From contig JBDRRF010000042.1 of the NCBI GenBank assembly GCA_043825875.1, positions 1-17,256 on the forward strand: a stretch of DNA of 17,256 nt. Direction: 5' to 3'. Within the stretch, counting starts at the first letter, position 1, and each line of letters opens with the position of its first letter. Positions 8,834 through 14,913 of the stretch are shown one piece after another. Below the pieces are notes generated by a model, which was not told the origin of the DNA, searched no databases, and worked only from the letters and a program-made list of their open reading frames with translations. The position numbers were made by a program, and so were the translations under genes. The stretch comes from Pseudomonadota bacterium (GTDB lineage: Bacteria > Desulfobacterota > Desulfobacteria > Desulfobacterales > RPRI01).

Positions 8834-9188
8834 TGAAATACGAAGACTCGCTGAATTTGAAAAGGATTTTAAGAAGCTTTTAAAAAAGTATAAAACTCTT
8901 AATGAAGATCTCGATACATTTATCAACAGTCAGCTTAAGCTTACTCATAAACTGGGAATAGACAATAAAGCAGTTGTCCAAATCTCAGATTCAGGAATTA
9001 AAACTCCCAGGATATACAAAGCAAAAAAATTTGCCTGCAAAGCTCTGAAGGGTCGTGGAGTAATGAGTGGCATAAGAATAATATATGCATACTATGAAGC
9101 AGAAGATATCATTGAATTTATAGAAATTTATTTTAAGGGTGATAAGGAAAACGAGGATAAAAATCGGATTAAAAAATATTATGGCTAA
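8817..9188 (+). CDS. RelE/ParE superfamily (HigB-like) toxin
   Basis: EFEKDFKKLLKKY, IYKAKK...KGRGVMSGIRIIYAY...IEIYFKGDKEN. Basic 123-aa protein overlapping the antitoxin by 17 nt. Confidence 0.8.
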   Translation: MKKVFNEIRRLAEFEKDFKKLLKKYKTLNEDLDTFINSQLKLTHKLGIDNKAVVQISDSGIKTPRIYKAKKFACKALKGRGVMSGIRIIYAYYEAEDIIEFIEIYFKGDKENEDKNRIKKYYG

Positions 9189-9280
9189 ATTTGGTACAAG
9201 TGCTGGCAAACTTAAAAGTCTGTAAGAAATATATAGAATGCAAAAAATAAACCTTAATAGATTAATAGCTTAACAACTTA

Positions 9281-9324
9281 CGAACTGTTTTAACTGTTAA
9301 CCGCAAATCGGCAACTGCAAACCG
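9281..9324. repeat. Degenerate heptamer tandem array (nnAACYG)
   Basis: cgaactg, ttaactg, ttaaccg, caaatcg, gcaactg, caaaccg. Confidence 0.65.
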
Positions 9325-9333
9325 TTTTCCTAT

Positions 9334-9353
9334 CGACGGATTTCTTTGCAATT
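9334..9353 (+). promoter_or_regulatory. Variant PEP-CTERM box (putative enhancer-binding-protein site)
   Basis: cgacgg-atttc-tttgca-att versus the local consensus TGTCGG-N5-TTTACA-ATT. About 130 nt upstream of the sigma-54 site. Confidence 0.55.
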
Positions 9354-9479
9354 TATGATGTTTTCAAAATATCGCTCTATTTATTGCTTAACCATGTTTT
9401 TTTAATAAAAACATATTAATGATATAAATTAGTATATTACTTATGTTATAATAGATTAAACTACTTCTTTACCACAATG

Positions 9480-9495
9480 TGGTATATTAATTGCT
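9480..9495 (+). promoter_or_regulatory. Sigma-54 (-24/-12) promoter
   Basis: tGG-tatattaatt-GCt, exact GG-N10-GC spacing, upstream of a PEP-CTERM gene. Confidence 0.8.
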
Positions 9496-9552
9496 TTTAG
9501 AAATAAATAGTAATTTTAAGCAGAATAAATTGAATTGATTTGGAGGTAATTT

Positions 9553-10239
9553 ATGAAAAGAATGTTGATAAATATAATTATTGTTGTAGTATTTTCAATA
9601 TTTTTAATTTCTCAAGCTTATGCAACTCCTTGGACTGACAGCACAATTCATTGGGATAGTTGGGCAGATGGAAGAACTTCACTTGACTCACTAGATGCTT
9701 ATGGTAACCCACAGATTTCAGGAGGAACTTATACAGCTAATTCAGGATTTTTAACCCAGATATCGTTCGATTACTATATAGGTGCAGACATAACTGCTGC
9801 CGGTGTTACTGCTGCTGATCTTTTTATTGATAATAATGCGGATGGCAATTGGGATTATGTAGTAAATCTTTATGCAGATTCCACCACAATTTATGGGATA
9901 AATATTGCTGAGTCAGCATCTGGAGCATATGAATTTTCTACTGCTAATAGCGGATGGGATTGGAGACACAATCACCCCATAGCACTTATTGACTACGGGT
10001 CAGATATCTTTGGTTCAGTTTCTTGGAACGGATTTGATAATTCGATTGGGAATCATACAACAACTGTAAATTTTGACAACCTTTCTGTTAGCAACGAATT
10101 TATTTTTGCATGGACAGTAAGCTGTGCAAATGATGTAGTTATGGAACACGGCTATTCTGTCCCTGAACCAGCTACACTTCTCCTTCTTGGCTTCGGCCTG
10201 GTAGGACTTGCAGGTGCAGGCAGAAAGTTGAAAAAATAG
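9553..10239 (+). CDS. PEP-CTERM sorting domain protein (exosortase target)
   Basis: ggagg RBS, signal peptide ending AYA, Ser/Thr/Asp-rich body, C-terminal VPEP-ATLLLLGFGLVGLAGAG-RKLKK. Confidence 0.95.
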   Translation: MKRMLINIIIVVVFSIFLISQAYATPWTDSTIHWDSWADGRTSLDSLDAYGNPQISGGTYTANSGFLTQISFDYYIGADITAAGVTAADLFIDNNADGNWDYVVNLYADSTTIYGINIAESASGAYEFSTANSGWDWRHNHPIALIDYGSDIFGSVSWNGFDNSIGNHTTTVNFDNLSVSNEFIFAWTVSCANDVVMEHGYSVPEPATLLLLGFGLVGLAGAGRKLKK

Positions 10240-10247
10240 ATTAATAG

Positions 10248-10282
10248 CAGTTCACAGTTGACAGTTTACGGTTAACGGTAAA
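10248..10282. repeat. Heptamer tandem array (CRGTTnA) flanked by a 17 bp direct repeat
   Basis: cagttca cagttga cagttta cggttaa cggtaaa. agaaagttgaaaaaata occurs at 10222-10238 and 10283-10299. Confidence 0.75.
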
Positions 10283-10313
10283 AGAAAGTTGAAAAAATAA
10301 TTCAATAACAAAG

Positions 10314-10344
10314 AGGCAGAGTCGAAATCGGCTCTGCCTTTTTT
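10314..10344 (+). terminator. Rho-independent terminator
   Basis: aggcagagtcg-aaat-cggctctgcct stem followed by a T-run. Confidence 0.88.
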
Positions 10345-10436
10345 ATTTCTCAGGAATTGATCCCTTCATAAGCTTGAGAACCTATAAGCTTTTTTGTTAC
10401 TCAATAGTGAATTATAAATCGCCAACCATATATTAC

Positions 10437-10456
10437 CGTCGGTTTTCTTTACAATT
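10437..10456 (+). promoter_or_regulatory. PEP-CTERM box (putative enhancer)
   Basis: cgtcgg-ttttc-tttaca-att, about 150 nt upstream of the sigma-54 site at 10603. Confidence 0.7.
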
Positions 10457-10602
10457 TTTATTTACAAAAAAGCTTTAGGATCTTTTCTCCCTATAGTCTC
10501 TATATAGCAATACCAATATCGATATAATTATTTTTTAGTATAAACAATATATTCATATAGTTAGTATAGTATAATAATTTTCCAATCCCCACACTCCGAA
10601 TC

Positions 10603-10618
10603 CGGTATATTTATTGCT
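10603..10618 (+). promoter_or_regulatory. Sigma-54 (-24/-12) promoter
   Basis: cGG-tatatttatt-GCt, nearly identical to the site at 9480. Confidence 0.78.
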
Positions 10619-10685
10619 TATATTTTAAAGAAAATAAGTGTATAGTATGATTTATAATTTCAACAAACAATGGAGAATATAATCT

Positions 10686-10853
10686 ATGAAAACCTTAAAA
10701 ATAATTTTAATTTTAGCTGCATCTTTGATTATTTCTGCGTCAACTGCATTAGCCGCACCTGAGGCTATTACTGTTCCTGAACCTGCAAGTATTATACTTC
10801 TTGGTTTCGGGCTGGTAGGGTTAATTATCTCCCGGAATAAATTCAAGAAATAG
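10686..10853 (+). CDS. Minimal 55-aa PEP-CTERM protein (signal peptide, 6 aa, sorting signal)
   Basis: Manual translation: MKTLKIILILAASLIISASTALA-APEAIT-VPEPASIILLGFGLVGLIISRNKFKK*. ggag RBS at 10672-10675. Too short for the ORF track. Confidence 0.9.
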   Translation: MKTLKIILILAASLIISASTALAAPEAITVPEPASIILLGFGLVGLIISRNKFKK

Positions 10854-10861
10854 TATAAAAG

Positions 10862-10902
10862 CGGTTGGCGGTTGACAGTTCACGGGTGACGGTAACGGTA
10901 AA
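10862..10902. repeat. Heptamer tandem array (CRGTTnA)
   Basis: cggttgg cggttga cagttca cgggtga cggtaa cggtaaa. Part of a 3' region duplicated from 10248-10344. Confidence 0.75.
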
Positions 10903-10926
10903 AGAAAGTTAAAAAAATAACTCAAC

Positions 10927-10962
10927 AAAAAGGCAGAGTCGAAAACGGCTCTGCCTTTTTTT
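10927..10962 (+). terminator. Rho-independent terminator
   Basis: aaaaaggcagagtcg-aaaa-cggctctgccttttttt, a near copy of the terminator at 10314. Confidence 0.88.
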
Positions 10963-11106
10963 ATTTTAATTAATATTTATCTCTCACAGAGTACACTGAG
11001 ATCTCAGAGTTTTTTTAATAATTTTTGCCCCCTGTAAATAGTCTTTTAACTATCAATTTTATTGATTATACGCTTTCGGTTGGGTTCCGGTATCTTTTTA
11101 AAAAAC

Positions 11107-11134
11107 ACGGGCGTATCGCGCAATACGCCCCTAC
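11107..11134 (-). repeat. GTAG-type REP palindrome
   Basis: Minus strand reads GTAG-GGGCGTAT-tgcgcg-ATACGCCC-gt. Confidence 0.72.
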
Positions 11135-11203
11135 GCAATAAACCGCTTTTCTCCGTGAAATGTAAACCGTTTTAAACCATGTACCATATTCTTCCGGATT
11201 TAT

Positions 11204-11230
11204 ACGGGCGGGTTATGAACCCGCCCCTAC
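11204..11230 (-). repeat. GTAG-type REP palindrome
   Basis: Minus strand reads GTAG-GGGCGGGTT-cat-AACCCGCCC-gt. Confidence 0.75.
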
Positions 11231-11241
11231 ACCTTTTATTT

Positions 11242-11370
11242 CCTGACCCGCAAAATTACCTCTGTACTTACCACCAGACTCCGCGAAGCAGATGGATGCT
11301 TCGGGCCGCTCTTCCGGAGCTGCCTGAAATACTTCCTGTTAATCCTGTAAATCCTGTCCGATATTTTTTT
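11242..11370. repeat. ~130 bp direct repeat, copy 1
   Basis: cctgacccgcaaaattacctctgtacttaccac...actccgcgaa...hairpin...tgttaatcctgtaaatcctgtccgatattttttt. The second copy is at 12355-12485. Confidence 0.9.
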
Positions 11371-11387
11371 CGGAATACTTTACAATT
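11368..11387 (+). promoter_or_regulatory. Orphan PEP-CTERM box
   Basis: tttcgg-aatac-tttaca-att. I found no GG-N10-GC promoter or PEP-CTERM gene after it. Confidence 0.5.
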
Positions 11388-11531
11388 ATCAATCAACATT
11401 CTGTATTTACATTATAATTTATTTCATTCTTCCGAATAGCGCTTTATAAAACCTGATATTCCAAACTCATCACAAATTGTAGGTTCTCTCTTCAGTCGAC
11501 AAATTCACCTGCTATACAGCAACAGCATATT

Positions 11532-11978
11532 TCAAGGCAGGTTTTCAAAATCGTCTAAATCTTTATGCCTTCCACTCGATTTCTTATTAATCTTCAATTG
11601 CTTCAAACTAATGATATTTACTTCAATTCCATCTATTTCATCAACAATCTTTTGCTTAAAGCACTCCTCAAAATTAACACCGGAAATCGTTGTTAATATT
11701 TCAATCCGTATAGGAGCAATACCCATGCGTATAATACTGTTCTTTTTAAGGAACAGTTCTTTTGATAATTGGGGTGTATCAAAACCGAATTCTTTTAAAG
11801 CCAATACCATTTGCTCCGCAATTTCAGGATCTATCGCTATCCAAATATCCATATCATTTGTTGCTCGTGGATATCCATGATAGCCAACAGCATATCCACC
11901 AATCAACAAGTATCTGATATGTTTAATCTTGAGTATATTCAAGAACTCTTTGAAGTCTGGAGGTAGCAGCATGTCCAT
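11532..11978 (-). CDS. Nucleotidyltransferase family protein (Pol-beta superfamily; possible TA component)
   Basis: YLLIGGYAVGYHGYPRATNDMDIW (GG..A, D.D motif) and C-terminal L.INKKSSGRHKDLDDFENL. Confidence 0.88.
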   Translation of the reverse strand: MDMLLPPDFKEFLNILKIKHIRYLLIGGYAVGYHGYPRATNDMDIWIAIDPEIAEQMVLALKEFGFDTPQLSKELFLKKNSIIRMGIAPIRIEILTTISGVNFEECFKQKIVDEIDGIEVNIISLKQLKINKKSSGRHKDLDDFENLP

Positions 11979-12159
11979 AATTAATCCTTCTTAATACTTC
12001 AATATGTCGCATTCTTTCAATTGGAGTCTTGGCAAACCAATAGTTCTTGTCATCCGATTGATCTGACAATGACACAACTGAGAAGAAACTTTTGTCTAGT
12101 TTTATATCAACCAATTCTTTATCCATATCTTTCACTTTCGTCATAATATCATCATTCAT
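11923..12159 (-). CDS. Small hypothetical protein, overlapping upstream partner of the nucleotidyltransferase
   Basis: gagg RBS before ATG 12159. LDKSFFSVVSL...DDKNYWFAKTPIERMRHIEVLRRINYG....RLQRVLE. Overlaps the NTase start by 56 nt. Confidence 0.75.
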   Translation of the reverse strand: MNDDIMTKVKDMDKELVDIKLDKSFFSVVSLSDQSDDKNYWFAKTPIERMRHIEVLRRINYGHAATSRLQRVLEYTQD

Positions 12160-12354
12160 ATTTATCCTCATATTATCATTACTATCTATTATTTATACTT
12201 ATATGTCAAGCCATCTTCCTTTTATCAACCAGGTAACCGCATTTAGATTTTTCATACACACTATTTTGAATGATATAATGTTTTTAGACAGGATTAACTG
12301 GATGGACAGGCAATAAGCCATTGCATGAAGCTACAATAAGAAAAGGCAAAAACG

Positions 12355-12485
12355 CCTGACCCGCAAAATTACCTCTGTACTTACCACGAAACTCCGCGAA
12401 ACGGAAACATGCTTCAGACCGCTCTTTCCGGTGCGGTCTGAAAAATATTCTTGTTAATCCTGTAAATCCTGCCCGATATTTTTTT
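12355..12485. repeat. ~130 bp direct repeat, copy 2
   Basis: Same sequence as 11242-11370 with substitutions. Perfect stem ttcagaccgc/gcggtctgaa at 12413-12442. An inverted partner of its 3' motif (gacaggattaactggat) lies at 12287-12303. Confidence 0.9.
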
Positions 12486-12492
12486 ATTACTG

Positions 12493-12551
12493 TGAACTGT
12501 AAACTATAAACCGCTTTTCCCCGTCAACTGTGAACCGTAAACCGTCAACCG
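12493..12551. repeat. Heptamer tandem array (TnAACYG)
   Basis: tgaactg taaacta taaaccg ... tcaactg tgaaccg taaaccg tcaaccg, the reverse complement of the arrays at 10248 and 10862. Confidence 0.78.
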
Positions 12552-12559
12552 CATTTTAC

Positions 12560-12579
12560 TGTCGGAATAGTTTACAATT
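12560..12579 (+). promoter_or_regulatory. PEP-CTERM box (putative enhancer)
   Basis: tgtcgg-aatag-tttaca-att. Confidence 0.72.
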
Positions 12580-12671
12580 TCAAAACCCACCTTTATCTTA
12601 TTTAAAATACTGTTATTATATTCTTTTATATCATTTCATCCTCATTTTCCAAATTTTTTCATTAAAAAAAC

Positions 12672-12691
12672 TGTCGGGATAGTTTACGATT
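12672..12691 (+). promoter_or_regulatory. PEP-CTERM box (putative enhancer)
   Basis: tgtcgg-gatag-tttacg-att, about 107 nt upstream of the sigma-54 site. Confidence 0.7.
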
Positions 12692-12794
12692 TTAAGCATG
12701 TGGTGGGTGATACGAAATAAAGGAACATTGTTGTATAATATTATTTATTATAAAATGCATAAGTTACAATTATTATAAAATTATTATTTGCCAT

Positions 12795-12810
12795 AGGCAT
12801 ATAATTTGCT
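12795..12810 (+). promoter_or_regulatory. Sigma-54 (-24/-12) promoter
   Basis: aGG-catataattt-GCt, GG-N10-GC spacing. Confidence 0.8.
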
Positions 12811-12883
12811 TAATTATAAATTAAACATATAAGAAACAAAAATTTGAAATAAATAAAAATAAAAAAAAGGAGGAGGCTTAAAA

Positions 12884-13513
12884 ATGAAAAGATTAATTAC
12901 CATAATCACAACATGTTTTATTGCATTCATTCTTATGGCATCAGGTTCAAACGTCATGGCGGATTCTATCGGAACCGGTGACATCATTAAATTATATGAT
13001 GCCGGTGGCACAACAGATGGTGGACCCTTTAAAGTTTACGAAGGTGGTATATATCAATTCGATACGTTCTGCCTGGAATTGAATGAGTTCTTAAGTTTTG
13101 GAACCGAATACACCGTGGAGATATCCGATTCAGCCAGTATGGGCGGTATTGGTGGTGGTTCCCCTGATCCTCTTGATGCCATGACTGCTTACCTGTATAT
13201 GGGTTTCAGGGCAGGCACACACACTGATGTCGATGCACTCCAGATGGCAATTTGGTTTATCGAAGATGAAACAACAGAATCGCTTGTAGGTACGGCATTA
13301 GACTATTATAATGAGGCATCAAAGAACGCAACTGACATCGGTCAAGTCCGAGTAATGAATCTTACTTCTGAAGTAATTGACCCATTGACCAGCGAAACCG
13401 TAATACACAACCAGTCCTTATTAACCATTGTTCCTGAGCCTGCTACATTGGTTCTTCTCGGGTTAGGTCTTATTGGCTTAGCAGGAATAAGAAGGAAATC
13501 TTTTAAAAAATAA
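12884..13513 (+). CDS. PEP-CTERM sorting domain protein with thioester-domain-like motifs
   Basis: aggaggagg RBS, signal peptide, FCLE / LQMAIW / NQSLL motifs, C-terminal VPEP-ATLVLLGLGLIGLAGI-RRKSFKK. Confidence 0.95.
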   Translation: MKRLITIITTCFIAFILMASGSNVMADSIGTGDIIKLYDAGGTTDGGPFKVYEGGIYQFDTFCLELNEFLSFGTEYTVEISDSASMGGIGGGSPDPLDAMTAYLYMGFRAGTHTDVDALQMAIWFIEDETTESLVGTALDYYNEASKNATDIGQVRVMNLTSEVIDPLTSETVIHNQSLLTIVPEPATLVLLGLGLIGLAGIRRKSFKK

Positions 13514-13536
13514 TTCATAATATTTATTTATAGATT

Positions 13537-13569
13537 AAAAAGGCGGAGTCTTTATGACTCTGCCTTTTT
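13537..13569. terminator. Rho-independent terminator, probably bidirectional
   Basis: aaaaaggcggagtc-tttat-gactctgccttttt between convergent genes. Related to the other two terminators. Confidence 0.85.
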
Positions 13570-13768
13570 AATTTTCTCACTCGCCCAAATAAAAAAACTG
13601 AAAATCTATCATCTATCGAATTTTCAACGAAGTCGAATTTATGTACCAGGAATAATTATTTAATATTCTTTAATTATATTAATCTAACCCGGTTTTTGGC
13701 TTCGTTTCTCATAGAATACCGTTTACGGTATAAAATTGCCTTTTATAAAACCATCAAATGTACTGGGA

Positions 13769-14896
13769 TCAACTTATTTTTTTAAAAGAAAAGAAATAGA
13801 ATCTCTGGATCAGACAAGCAATGCGGTACAGGCAGTTTAACAGAATATTCGGTATGTAAACAAGTGCTTCCGGCAGATAAACAATTTTACCTCCAAAACC
13901 CATTTTAAAATAGGTGGGTGTTTGTATTATTTCCTTTGGCAACACCTTATTTTGCTTTATATACAAAGCTGCTTTTCGATCTACAGAAACAAAATCTATA
14001 TACCTGTACCCTTTTGAGTTTGCCCATTTTATAAGGTTCCAGTAAAGCGCATCATTCGGCCTCATTTTATTGTATTTGCCCGACCAGCCACCCTTCCAGA
14101 ATATAAACCGGTCGTCAATTGTAACTGCAAGACCTCCGGAAACGGGTTCACCTTCATGTTGAATAAAAAAAAGTTTGAGATATCCTTGCGGTTTAAACAG
14201 CTGCCATATGGTTTCTATATGATTTTTATCAGGTGGGTTGGGCGCAACACCCTGACGCCTGCAAGTTTCCGACATAAGCTCAAAAAATATTCCCAGTTCC
14301 GTTTCACAACCTTCAAGAAAATTAGTACCGGTAGATATAGACCTTCTTATATTCCATCTCTTCTTTGCTGTCATCTGCTTTAAAAGAACGTTCTCATCTT
14401 TACCAAGATCAATCTGTAACGTAGTATCTATTATACCTTTATAAACTATATTGGGAAGAAACCCGTTTTTACACAGTTGAACAGAAATATTATCTGAATG
14501 GCAGGCAGGCTGAACTATAACTGCTCTTATTTTATGTTTTTTTACTATTGCCTTAAGCTGATCAATAACAAATGCCATGGTGGCAGCATCATTATCATTG
14601 ATAATAGGCCCCTGACTGACATATGCGATACGACCAAGAAAGCGTTTGGAAACCCAGAGCAGTTGAAATCCGCCGATTATCCCGATATGATTAGTTATTA
14701 CAACACGGATATAATTCCACCCATCCAGAGATTTGACCTGTGACCACAAACTTAACTGTTCATGCCGGCCCTCAGGTGCAGATTCCACAAAAGAATCCCA
14801 CTGTGAATCTATTGGATCAGGAGAAAGCCATGCAGTAAGAACAGATCCGTTAAGCCTTAGCTCAGTAATTTTTTTGTATTTATCTGTAACTATCAT
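13769..14896 (-). CDS. FemAB/FemX-like (double GNAT fold) aminoacyl/peptidyl transferase
   Basis: WDSFV...Q...WSQVK...GW, YVSQGP, IDL......LLKQM..K.RWNIRRS, PNDALYWNLIKWA...GY..IDF, FKMGFGG. Start placed at ATG 14896 to avoid a 127 nt overlap with the upstream gene. Confidence 0.88.
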   Translation of the reverse strand: MIVTDKYKKITELRLNGSVLTAWLSPDPIDSQWDSFVESAPEGRHEQLSLWSQVKSLDGWNYIRVVITNHIGIIGGFQLLWVSKRFLGRIAYVSQGPIINDNDAATMAFVIDQLKAIVKKHKIRAVIVQPACHSDNISVQLCKNGFLPNIVYKGIIDTTLQIDLGKDENVLLKQMTAKKRWNIRRSISTGTNFLEGCETELGIFFELMSETCRRQGVAPNPPDKNHIETIWQLFKPQGYLKLFFIQHEGEPVSGGLAVTIDDRFIFWKGGWSGKYNKMRPNDALYWNLIKWANSKGYRYIDFVSVDRKAALYIKQNKVLPKEIIQTPTYFKMGFGGKIVYLPEALVYIPNILLNCLYRIACLIQRFYFFSFKKIS

Positions 14897-14913
14897 AGTA
14901 AATAATATACAAT

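Noticed and set aside
10652..10846. 64-aa minus-strand ORF
   Set aside because: Antisense shadow of the mini PEP-CTERM gene on the + strand.
11179..11439. 86-aa ORF containing PVNPVNPV
   Set aside because: It is a translation of the REP and the 130 bp repeat (aatcctgt units), with no RBS or protein-like features.
10248..12551. CRISPR array or integron attC interpretation of the repeats
   Set aside because: There are no regularly spaced identical repeats with unique spacers and no cas or integrase gene. The GTT-containing heptamers do not form attC-like R''/R' hairpins that I could verify.
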